The notes below the pieces were generated by a model. It saw only the letters and a list, made by a program, of their open reading frames with translations. It made no database searches and had not been told where the DNA came from. From positions 121,272,001-121,336,000 of the forward strand of contig OX597815.1 of assembly GCA_951406725.2 (NCBI GenBank): DNA of 64,000 bases, given 5' to 3'. Source of the stretch: Octopus vulgaris (Eukaryota). The position numbers and the translations under genes are program-made. Shown here piece by piece: positions 13,171-24,040 of this stretch; position 1 is the first letter of the stretch, and the number at the start of each line of letters is the position of its first letter.

Positions 13171-13701
13171 ATAACCATATCAAAATCATAACAGCTGCTT
13201 CTTCTGTTACTGTTTTTTGGGGAGGGAGATGGGAATTATTAGTTTGTTATAAATGTATGCTTCTGTCTGTGTCCATTGCAAGTCTTCCTAGATTGCTGAC
13301 TAATGTAATTGGTGTTCAGCTTGTGTGGCCCCAGTCACCATTACTCAAACTGAGTTATGGCATAGAAATAGTTATTCAAACACTCAAACACTTCAAGATT
13401 CAAGTTGGAGTAGTAGTGGTCTTGCAACAAGCAGTGTGTTGAAACTGAAATAATTACATTGTGAATGAGTTATTTAATAATACATAAAACTGCTAAATTT
13501 ACTTAAGATAGCCATCTATGCATCATACTTTAGGTATATCACTGATAGGTAAGCTACAGCAGTTTTCTTCCAAGAAGAAACTCTGAGGGTTTTGTGACTT
13601 ATGACTTATACATGCGTGTGTGTGTGTGTGTGCGTGTGTGTGTGTGTGTGTATGTAAAAAATATATATATAATATATAATATATATATATATATATATAT
13701 A

Positions 13702-13748
<47 letters not shown>

Positions 13749-13756
13749 ATATATAA

Positions 13757-14370
13757 TACAAAATACACAGTTATATCTTGAGATTGCTATAAATAACAAA
13801 ACTCAAAATATAATACAGACTGGAGTTGTAGTGCTCCAAATGAGCTATATTCCACTTCTTAATATTAGCGGAGGCAATGTGAGCAGGAACTAAAGGAACA
13901 TTACTAAGATCCACACACAAAGATCAAATACATACATATATTCATATATTCATTTATATCTACAAACGGAACTAAAATCCGACATATATAAAAATATAAT
14001 AATATATATAAACAGATAAAAATCATATAATATTTATAAATGTACAAGAATCAGTGTTACATACAAAACACAGTGAATTTACGCTTAATGTTATAAAACA
14101 TTGATAAATTAAAAATTTGGGATAATAAAACAAGAGAAGGATATATTAAAATGACATATTAAAATCCAGAAAAAAATACAGAAAAGATACAAAAATACAA
14201 AAATTACAAAAATTTTTCATCTACGGGCTGTTTCAGAGATGCGCCAATTAATATGATACAATCCATATTTTTGAAACTGACACTCCCCTCATCAGGATGT
14301 TTTTTACACACAATACAATATTGATGGAAACAAGTGTACAATTACATATGAGCCATCTGCAAAAATATTA
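13757..14370 (-). mobile_element. PLE-type pLTR fragment between microsatellites
   Basis: Contains a hammerhead at 14218-14299, followed on the minus strand by a U-rich tail. Classification is inferred from the HHR. Confidence 0.5.
14218..14299 (-). ncRNA. Type I hammerhead ribozyme
   Basis: Minus strand reads CAUC-CUGAUGA-GGGGAGUGUCAGUU...AAUUGGCGCAUCUCU-GAAAC-AGCCC-GUA-GAUG. Stem I CAUC/GAUG is perfect, the core is intact and the cleavage triplet is GUA. Confidence 0.85.
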
Positions 14371-14399
14371 ATATGTATATATATATTTATGTATGTATA

Positions 14400-14451
<52 letters not shown>

Positions 14452-14700
14452 CATTAGAGTCAATAAGAAATTTTATCTCAGATGAAAACTACAGTACCTT
14501 GCCTATCACTGATGTGTATACATTTAATATAATACATATGTGTTTATTTTAATTTAATTTAATGCTGCTCCAATTGTGAATATCAAGTTTTTACTTTGAA
14601 TTTATTTTATGAGTTGTCAACTTTCTGTTGTACAACTATGACCTGGTCATAGTGTGTGACAAAGTCAGCAATCAGATTACAGTTGTGGAAATGAATAGAT

Positions 14701-15102
14701 TTAACCTTTTTGATACCAACCAACCTAAGACTGACCCTGGTTCAATGATACAAACTCCTTGCTTTTAAGTGGTGTAAATTAAAGCCTTCAGTTAAAATTT
14801 CATGTTTATTTACTCTATCACCACCACTGCCACTACTAACACCACCACTGCCACTACTAACACCACCACCACTACCACATTATGGCAATGATGTGAAGAT
14901 GGAGGCGGTGATGATGGTGATGGTGTTGGTGGCAATGGCAGTGGAGTAGTAGTGGTAGTTCTCTACTACCACTACTACTATTACTAATTCCAAACACCAG
15001 CTTAATAATGGAAAATTATTTTATTAAATTCTTAACTATTTTCAAAAGAAAATGAAACAAAGCCAGTGTGTTTCAACAGAAACACAGTAACAAATGGGTC
15101 AA
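14701..15102. mobile_element. TTAA-bounded MITE (piggyBac-like), interrupted by an (ACC)/(GGT) repeat
   Basis: TTAACCTTTT...AATGGGTCAA ends. Homologous to 33535-33761 and 44013-44100. Confidence 0.6.
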
Positions 15103-15357
15103 AGGAAATGTGATAGTTTTGTGAGTCATTAAATAGCTAGGATGGCTCTTCCATGAGCTCATTATTTAGGATCAACTTACACATGTTGCAATTAGTGAAT
15201 GAGAATATAAGCTGCCGCATAATGTTTTGTTTAAAGATTCACCACTTCAACCAGCTGTAGCTGTTAAAACAGATAAATGTGTTAAGAGCTTCATTTAATA
15301 TGTCTTTATTCAGCCAATGTCAGATTTATATATAAGATATTTCAAGTATATATAATA

Positions 15358-15745
15358 GGTGCAGGAGTGGATGTGTGGTAAGTAGCTTGCTTACGGATCA
15401 CATGGTTCCGGGTTCAGTCCCACTGCATGGCACCTTGGGCAAGTGTCTTCTACTATAGCCTCGGGCTGACCAAAGCCTTGCGAGTGGATTTGGTAGACAG
15501 AAACTGAAAGAAGCCCGTCGTATATATGTGTGTGTGTTTGTGTGCCTATGTTTGTCCCCCCATCATCACTTGACAACCGATGCTGGTGTATTTACATCCC
15601 TGTAACTTAGAAGTTCTGCAAAAGAGGCTGATAGAATAAGTACTAAGCTTACATAGAACAAGTCCTGGGGTCGATTTGCTTGACTAAAGGTGGTGCTCCA
15701 GCATGGCCGCAGTCAAATGACTGAAACAAGTAAAAGAGTATAGAG
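15358..15745 (+). mobile_element. SINE family A, full length
   Basis: GGTGCAGGAGTGGATGTGTGG head, GGTTCAGTCCC B-box-like motif, core CACCTTGGGCAAGTGTCTT, tail GACTGAAACAAGTAAAAGAG. Confidence 0.92.
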
Positions 15746-16590
15746 AATTATTTGAAATTAATCGAAAATTAAAAGGATTAGGGGTAAGAGGAAATTGATG
15801 AAAATTATTTGGAAACAATACAAAATATTCTTAAATAATTTTAGATTTCATAGCAAAACTGGTGTTTGAAATAACAGAAAATAGAACAGCAATATTTTTT
15901 TGTTAGCACAAGGTCATAAATTTTCAAATAGAAGTGTCCTATAAATACATACCAGTACTTATTTTATCAACTCCCAAACGAATAAAAAAACAAACTCAAC
16001 CTTTATAAGTTTTGAAGCCAGAATACAGAAAGAATAATTCAAACAGTGTTTTGGTGTATCTAACTACCCTCTAATATGGTTAAAGGGTAATAAGATAACA
16101 GGTTAATGTTGTCTGTAGAAGTCAGGAAGGTAAAGGAGGAGAGTGAAATAAATTAAATTAAATTAAAATAACAAGATAAAATATAATAAAGTAAAAAAAA
16201 AAATAGAGTACAAAGAGGTTTAATTTTCGTGATAGATTTAGGGATATGAAAGTGTAAAGAATTTAGTTTGATGCTCTATCTTTACCATTCCATTACTTTA
16301 AGTAATAAGATACTATTAGTAAATGATAATTACTTTGACGTTTGGTAATAACAACGGAAGCATTGAACTGCTAAATAAGATTATTTTGGTGAAAATAAGA
16401 TAAATTAGAAAATCTATACGTTGAAAGATGTTTTAACTCTCTAACTGGATATATCAATAGAGAGGAAAAGTGGTATTTCTCTAGGAGATATATTTTTTTC
16501 CTCTTGCTGCTCTTAAACACAACAAAGTCACTAGGGCTCAAAATGTAACTAAAGTAATTTCTAAAGCAAGCTAATAAAAATACTTTAAAA

Positions 16591-17019
16591 GGCGCAGGAG
16601 TGGCTGTGTGGTAAGTAACTTGCTTACGGACCACATGGTTCCAGGTTCGGTCCCACTGCATTGCACCTTGGGCAAGTGTCTTCTACTATAGCCTCGGGAT
16701 GACCAAAGCCTTGCAAGTGGATTTGGTAGATGGAAACTGAAAGAAGCCCGTCGTAAATATATATATATATGTATATGTGTGTGTATATGTTTGTGTGTCT
16801 GTGTTTGTCCCCCCCCCCCCCAACCCAATATCGCTTGACAACCGATGGTGGTGTTTTTATGTTCCTGTAACTTAGTGGTTCGGCAAAAGAGGCTGATAGA
16901 ATAAGTACTAGGCTTACAAAGAATAAGTCTTGGGGTTGATTTGCTTGACTAAAGGTGGTGCTCCAGCATGGCCACAGTCAAATGATTGAAACAAGTAAAA
17001 GAGAGTAAAAGAGTAAAAG
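16591..17019 (+). mobile_element. SINE family A, full length
   Basis: Highly similar to 15358-15745. Tail of GAGTAAAA repeats; imperfect TSD ACT(T)TAAAA. Confidence 0.92.
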
Positions 17020-17519
17020 AACTTAAAATGTAGAGTAGGAATCTGTCTCTAGTATATAGAGATTGAGTGAAATAAAGTCACTGATAAGCATATTCCAGCC
17101 TCAGGCCTACAGATGCACTGTCTCTTTTGTCTACCTCTTTTCAGTGCTACTATAATGGCCTCTGCTCCTCAGAGACTACTGGATTCATGCAACCTTCATT
17201 CAAGCATTCCCAACCCAGTCCTCCCTCCTTTCATCGATTTTATTGTAACCAAACCACAAGGTCTACATCAGACCACTAAACCTTGTCTTTTCTTCCTAAA
17301 ATGTCAGCTTTCTTAACTCTTTCCATGCTTATGTCTTTTCTCAGAGTGTGGACTTTACAATGGTTAAAAAAGAACATTACAGTATCAACCTCACCAGTCT
17401 TAGAGGGCCTACAAAGGCCATGGGTACCACCCCTGCATTCAGACCCAACAAGTATAAATTAAAAAAAGAAAAGAATACTGAATACTGGAAGGTACTGAGA
17501 CAATAAAATAATTCTTTCT

Positions 17520-17716
17520 CAACTTGGAACAAAGCCTGGAATTTCCAGGAGAGGTGGAGACTAGACGATTATGTCAACCACAGTATTTAACGGGTAATTT
17601 ATTTGGTCAACCCAGAAAGGATGGAAGGCAAGATTGACCTTGGTGGGATTTGAGCTCAGAACATGAAGAGCCAAGTAATTTGCCCGATGTGCCAAAGAAT
17701 CTGCCCAGCTCACCAC
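17520..17716 (-). mobile_element. SINE family B (Meta/MESC-like central domain)
   Basis: Reverse complement gives GAGCTGGGCAGA...CTGAGCTCAAATCC...TTGCCTTCCATCCTTTCTGGGTTGA, as in 57017-57215. Confidence 0.7.
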
Positions 17717-18212
17717 GTTGAAACAATAAAATAATGATTTACGTTTATTATACACTCCAGTTTCATTTAAGCTAAGCTCAACTTCAGTATCAATCAGCCT
17801 GGGATCAGTAAAATAAGAACCAGTAATATAATGAGGTTAACTCAATCAACTAGAAATACTTCACCTTACAAAACACTGACCAAACGAAGCCATAAAATTA
17901 CACCATTGCATGTACACTTAGTCTAATGAGGTAGGAAATAATATTCTAGAAAAGTTTGTTTTTACTTTCCTCAAACTAGTATAAAAGCTGACGTACATTT
18001 CTCTCGCTTTTTTTTTTTTTTTTCAGATTTATTTCTTCATCTGTTCTTGGCCCATTGCTTTAACAATAAGTATAGTTCTTTATTATTCTTTCTTTAGACA
18101 AAATGACATGCTTCCTTAAGTGCAGAGTCCAAATTGCCTTTATGTGACAGCTGGGATTTTAGCTAGTAATTTGAAAGCATTAAATGAACCAGGTTGTTAC
18201 TCTGACTCACAA

Positions 18213-18213
18213 C

Positions 18214-18281
<68 letters not shown>

Positions 18282-18602
18282 ATTCTCTCTCATTCTCTTT
18301 CTCTTTCCTTCTCTTTTTCTGTCTTTCTCTTTCTATATTCTCTCTTTTTCTTTTTCTTTACATTCTTTCTTTCTCTTCTCTCCAATTCCTCTCTTTTCTC
18401 TCACTCTTTCTCTCACTCCATCCCTCCACACTTTCTTATTCTCTCACTCTCTCTCTCACTCTCTCTCTCTCTCTCTCTCTCTCTAGTTTTCTAGCTTTCT
18501 CTCTATCTTCTCTGTTTCTCTGCATTCTCTTTCTTTCTCTTCTCTCCACTTTTCTCTATTCTTTCTCTCTCTCTCTCTCAATTTCTCTCACTTTTTCTTT
18601 CT
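18213..18602. repeat. (CT)n polypyrimidine low-complexity tract
   Basis: About 390 bp that is almost purely C/T on the plus strand. Confidence 0.95.
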
Positions 18603-18952
18603 TGTATATATAAATACTTTGTATTTAGAAAATTCAAGGTTAGATGTTATCTGTGCTTAATGTACTGAATAGTCTAATTTTTTATGAGTTTTCAATGAAG
18701 ACTGCTATAAGTAAGACACTGAACAGCCACAACAGAAGTAGCAGCAGAGAGCAGCAGCAACACTATCATCTAGCTGAACAAAACCTTTTTCACCACTGTG
18801 TACTTTCATAAATAACTATCACAGAGTTTATTTACTGTAAGTTGAAGAACTCAGATTAACTGATGTTAGTTATGCAAATAACAAACAGAAAAACTTTTTA
18901 ACAGGTTCCTTGTATAATTTCAGCAAACTGAAAATTTTCACTCAGCCATATA

Positions 18953-19343
18953 AGGAGCATCTGTGTGGTAAGAAGCTTGCTTCCCAACCACATAGTTCCA
19001 GGTTCAGTCCTGCTATGTGGCTTCTTGTGCAAGTGTCTTCTAATATAGCCACAGGCTGACCAAGGCCTTGTGAAAACTGAAAGAAGCCCATCGCATATGT
19101 ACATATATATATATATATATATTTATGTGTGTGTGTGTGTGTATACATATGCAACAGGCTTCTTTCAGTTTCTTATTTCTTTATTACCCACAAGGGGCAG
19201 GCAAAGTCGACTTTGGCGGAATTTCAACTCAGAACGTAACAGTAGACGAAATACCGCTAAGCATTTTGCCCGGCGTGCTAACGTTTCTGCCAGCTCGCTT
19301 TCAGTTTCTGTCTACCAAATCCACTCACAAGGTTTTGGTCAGC

Positions 19344-19415
<72 letters not shown>

Positions 19416-19630
19416 ATATGTATATATTTGTGTGTATGTCTGTGTTTGTCCCCCCACCATTTCTTGACAAGCAATGTTGGTGTGTTTACAGCCTCATAAG
19501 CTAGCAGTTTGGCAAAAGAGACTGATAGAATAAGTACTAGGCTTACAAAGGATAAGTCATGGGGTCAGTTGGTTCGACTAAAGGTGGAGCTCCAGCATGA
19601 CCACAGTCAAATGACTAAAACCCGTAAGAG
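18953..19630 (+). mobile_element. SINE family A with an internal inverted family A fragment and a family B fragment (19150-19345)
   Basis: Head at 18953-19093 and tail at 19435-19630 flank a reverse-oriented GGCTTCTTTCAGTTTC...GGTCAGCC piece, which is split by a family B head (minus strand). Confidence 0.75.
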
Positions 19631-19899
19631 AATAAAAGAATAAAAGAACATATGTCCTATGTATGACTTCAAATTTCATCTGCTTGCAGGACCCTGATCA
19701 GGACTTTCAGAGCTTTGAGGAATGTGGAACCAGCTCTTAGTATTGTTTTCAGGTCTACTCTGACCCAGAGCAATAGCATCTGTCAAGATCCAAGCTATGG
19801 TTTCAAAAGCACATAACCACCTGAGCCAGAGTAAGTAGAAATCATAGGCTGCAGCACAGTAGTTGTGAACTAGTTTGACAAATGAACTTATTGAATAAA

Positions 19900-20216
19900 A
19901 CTGGCACTCCGTTGGTTACAACACCAAAGGTTCCAGTTGATCTGATAAACAGAACAGCCTACTCATGAAATTAACATGCATGTGGCTGAGCATGACACAG
20001 ACATGTGTACCTTTAATATAGTCCTCGGGGAGATTTAGCATGACACAAGATATGACAAGGCTGGCCCTTTGAAATACTGGTACTTCTCATTTTTGCCAGC
20101 TGAGTAGACTGGAGCAACATGAGATAAAGTGTCTTGCTCAGGACAAAACACACCATCAGGAATTGAACTCACAACTTTACAATCACAAACCAATTACCCT
20201 AACCACTAAGCCACAC
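19900..20216 (-). mobile_element. SINE family C (tRNA head plus GAGCAAGACACTT core) with 14-bp TSD
   Basis: Minus strand has a TGGCTTAGTGG A box and GTTCAATTC B box. TSD ACTTATTGAATAAA at 19886-19899 and 20217-20230. Confidence 0.88.
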
Positions 20217-22379
20217 ACTTATTGAATAAATGGTGAATATCACTAGATACTGAACAGATTAACAATCATCAAACTATCAATGGCCAGTATCTATCAGTTC
20301 AATAAGTGAGCTACTTGCCAACATCTGTGGTCATGGTGTGTGCAGGTGAGATATTTCAAACTGTGAAAGATCAATGTGATAAAAACCCTAACTAGACAAT
20401 CATGCCATATTGTTCAAAAAGGACATCTGATGTGGTATAGTTGCAATGGCCCAAGCAAGTCAATTGACAGGATGATTATACTGTATATACATATACAAAT
20501 TCTGCTGAGGTTGACTTTCATCCTTTCAGGGACAATAAAATAACCATTGAGTACTAGAATTGATATAACTGACTTGCTCACTCCCTCGTAATTTCTAGCC
20601 TTGTGCCAAAATTTGAAACTAATATTACATATACACAACCCTATAAAAAAAAAGTAAAACTCAGTCATCACTCACAAATGACTATGATTTTCTAGTTTGT
20701 ACCATGCTTTCATTTAGGGTTTAGGTGCCTATGCAGTCACATGTTGATATAGACATCCCCTCACTCCTTATTTCTTGACCCAAGGGAAAAATTAAGGATG
20801 TAATGACCAGCAGGAAATAGGACTGCACCAATACTCAGCTACTTTTTATTTTCATCTGAATTGGCTAAAGTGACACGAAATGGAGTGCCCTGCTCAAGAA
20901 CTCAAGGTACTGCCCATTCTGAGAATTGAATCTTATGATCAGGAGCTGAACATCCTAACCAATAGGCCACACCTATCCACTGTGAGACCCTACTGTATTA
21001 CTTTTCTTTTAACTGTTTTAACTGTTTCATTCATTGAACTGTGGCCATGCTGAAAGGTTTAGTCAAATAAGTTATTTCCAGTGCTTATTTTTAAGCCAGG
21101 TTCATTTTGAAAAAAAAAAAAACATTTTTAATTGCTGTAGAAAGTATTCTTGTCAGTAAAATTAAAAAACATCTACTTCAATTATGATTTTGTATTATTG
21201 ATACTACATCAAAGCTGACATACAAACAAATCCTATATAGGTTTCAATCACATTTTGGGACTCCATAACAAAGTACATTACACTCTTTGGGGCTTCTTTC
21301 AGTCAGGGTTGATCATTTATCTAAATCTGTATCTGCAGGCCTATGCACAGTTCCTTGTGAAAGACTGGCAGTTGTCCATGCATGCAAGTGACTTCTCTCC
21401 ATACTACCAACGTTGCCCAAGGAAAAGGCTGTCACTTAAGGGCCAATATAGTTTGAAACCAGTGTCATTGCTGGCATTACTGTCTGACTGCACAAAGCCA
21501 AAAGGAATTTTGTTGAACCTCACTAACAGTTCTGCTAATCCATTATTCTGAATTGATGTTTTTTATCAACCACAAAACAATGAAAAACAAAGTTGGCTCT
21601 GGTAGGATTTGAACTCAGAGCACAGAAAGTCAAAACAATGCTCTCTAACAACTCTGTCAAATTGCCACCTTTCGGTATTCTCCTGTCTATTTATCAGAAG
21701 TAGAACTACTCCCAAGACATCTTACTTGGCTTATAAATCAGTTTCTCTAAATCGTTATGTAAATTGCTTGAATTTTTAGAGCCAACCAAGTCAAGAACTA
21801 TGATGATAAATATATATTCTCTCTTCTAATACCAAACTTTCAAGTGGGAAATGACAGACAAGATGTATCTTCTAGATAGACTAAGGTAAGTTGAGTGATT
21901 TGTTTTCTTCATTTTTGATACTTCCGTATAATCTTCCATTCTTCTATGTAGATTCTTCTTTCAATGAAATAAAGGGTAAAGCTTATACAATCTTGTTTTA
22001 TTGTCTTTCAAAAATCATGTTTCATTGTTACCAAAATAATTATTTGGTCATAATGGACAATTTATCTCGGAAAAGAAGTAATTCATAATTTAGCTGGTTA
22101 TTCTTCATTGGCATAAACCTTTGTTTATATGGGTCATGACATCATAAACATAATCAGTATTTATTTTATTTTATCTTCAAAATTCAGGAATGATTTACAA
22201 AGCTGTCCTGGACATTGGCCATGCTGGGGCACCACTTTGAAGGCTTTTTAATCAATCAAATTGGCCCTGCCCGACAATTTTTTTTTTAATCCAGTTCTAT
22301 ATGTAAGAGATGAGGAATTATGTACATTATTTACATTATTTACATTCAATGGATATTTGTCCTCATATTGTTTGTTGTT

Positions 22380-22425
22380 AACACAACGTTTCGACTGATA
22401 TACCCTCCAGCCTTCTTCAGGTGTC
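22380..22425 (-). ncRNA. Variant minimal hammerhead-like motif
   Basis: GACAC-CUGAAGA-A-GGCUG[GAGGGUAUAU]CAGUC-GAAAC-GU-U-GUGUU. Stems I and II pair; there is an extra A after the core and a GUU triplet. Confidence 0.6.
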
Positions 22426-22486
22426 TAGGGGAAATTTTGAACCAGGGTTCTCATTCCTAAGGTATTTTTCAATGTTATTCTTCTTC

Positions 22487-22542
<56 letters not shown>

Positions 22543-22770
22543 GTTATTGTTCAGATCACTGCTTGGAATCAAACTCGGAATCCTGGGTTAGTAGCCCATG
22601 CTCTAAACCACTACACCCACGAGCATATGGCGTAGTGGTTAAGAGCACAGGCTACTAACCCAAAGATTCCGAGTTCGATTCCAAGCAGTGACCTGAACAA
22701 TAATAATGATAAGAAGAAGAACATTGAAAAATACTTTAGGAATGAGAACCCAAGTTCCAAATTTCCCCAA

Positions 22771-22816
22771 GATACCTGAAGAAGGCTGGAGGGTATATCA
22801 GCTGAAACGTTGTGTT
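22771..22816 (+). ncRNA. Variant minimal hammerhead-like motif, mirror copy
   Basis: GAUAC-CUGAAGA-A-GGCUG...CAGCU-GAAAC-GU-U-GUGUU. Confidence 0.55.
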
Positions 22817-23008
22817 AACAACAAACAAGATGAGAACAATTATCCGTTGAATGTAAATAATGTAAATAATTTATTTTTTAAGTCTGGTATTTATGCTCTT
22901 GGTTTCTCTTTTTTTGTATCAAACTGATATATTATGAGGATGTAAATAAACCAATGCCGTTGCTCCGACATGTATGCACATACACATACATGCAGATACA
23001 CACATGTG

Positions 23009-24040
23009 TGAAGGTTGTATCAAAAGTAATGCAAAAGCAGACATAACTTTTTTTGTTACCTGACAAAGGTCATTCAAACAATATATATTAATAGAATAAC
23101 TTTTCCTCAAAGTTACATCTCAATATAGTCTCCATTTCAAGTGATGCATTTATACCATTGTTAATTATTAAAAATTCAGGTGTGCACCATGCACCTGCTT
23201 CTTTATAGCCACTTTAAGCCTCGTGAGTGTCATCAAATTGTTATCTTTGTAGTCTGTCCTTCATCTGACTAAAAGCTGGAAAGAGAGTACCAGATTCAGG
23301 CTTTATGATAGCCTGTGGACCACTGACCAGTGCTATTTGCCAATTGCTTGATTTGTTGTTATAGATATGTGTGATCATGCATTATCTTGATGAAAAGGAA
23401 TTATTTTCAGATTCTTGTACAGCTTCTTCCTCCAAGTGGTTTTTCTATGCATTTTGAACTTTTCAGTGTACAACTCACTGTTCACAGCACAACCACATTA
23501 CAGAAAATCAAGATGAATGATGCCCTTGTCATCTCAAAAAACTGTCACCATGACTTTCTGTGCCAATCTCCTGCTCTCAAATTTCTTAGGCCTTGGAGGG
23601 GAAGTATGATTCCTTTCCTGGAACTGAGCATTTGTTTCGTGATCATAAAGATATACCCATGTTTCATCCTTTGTCATGAAATCAGAAAACAATAACATGT
23701 CTTAATTGGCTTCAAATACTTTCAACAAATAAAAGCAGACTTCCAAGTTTCTCTCCTTCAAATTAGGTGTCAACCACCAAGGTACCTATTTAGCACACAC
23801 TTTTCAATACTCAGAGTCTTTCACTACATCTTATAAAGCATTGTGATCACATTCTAGTTATGCATAAATTATGACTTGTCTTTCAATGCAAATCACTTCA
23901 TCAATTTACTGGTGATTTTTCTCACTGGTTACAGTTTATGGTCACCCACTTCATGGCTTGCCTTCAAAGCTGGTTTTTTCCTCCTTTAAACTTCTGCAAA
24001 AATCTATACACATTGATTTTGTCAATGATGTCATTTCACG
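23009..24040 (-). mobile_element. Degenerate mariner transposon, transposase pseudogene
   Basis: Minus-strand fragments CAK*VPWWLTP, TKDETWVYLYDHET and FHQDNA*SH. TIR-like GAAGGTTGTATCAAAAGTAATGC at the left end. Confidence 0.8.

Larger units (their letters stand above)
22300..22872. mobile_element. Palindromic element with divergent tRNA-like heads at the centre and an HHR-like motif in each arm
   Basis: Arms about 22327-22615 and 22628-22872 are reverse complements apart from an (ATT)n expansion. A box TGGCGTAGTGG at 22628 and B box GTTCGATTC at 22673. Confidence 0.8.

Noticed and set aside
17120-17320. Minus-strand EGGLG motif suggesting a LINE fragment
   Set aside because: A single short motif among stop codons; cannot be classified.
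22622-22695. tRNA gene
   Set aside because: A and B boxes and an anticodon arm are present, but there is no acceptor stem and it is embedded in a repeat. Treated as a SINE-like head.
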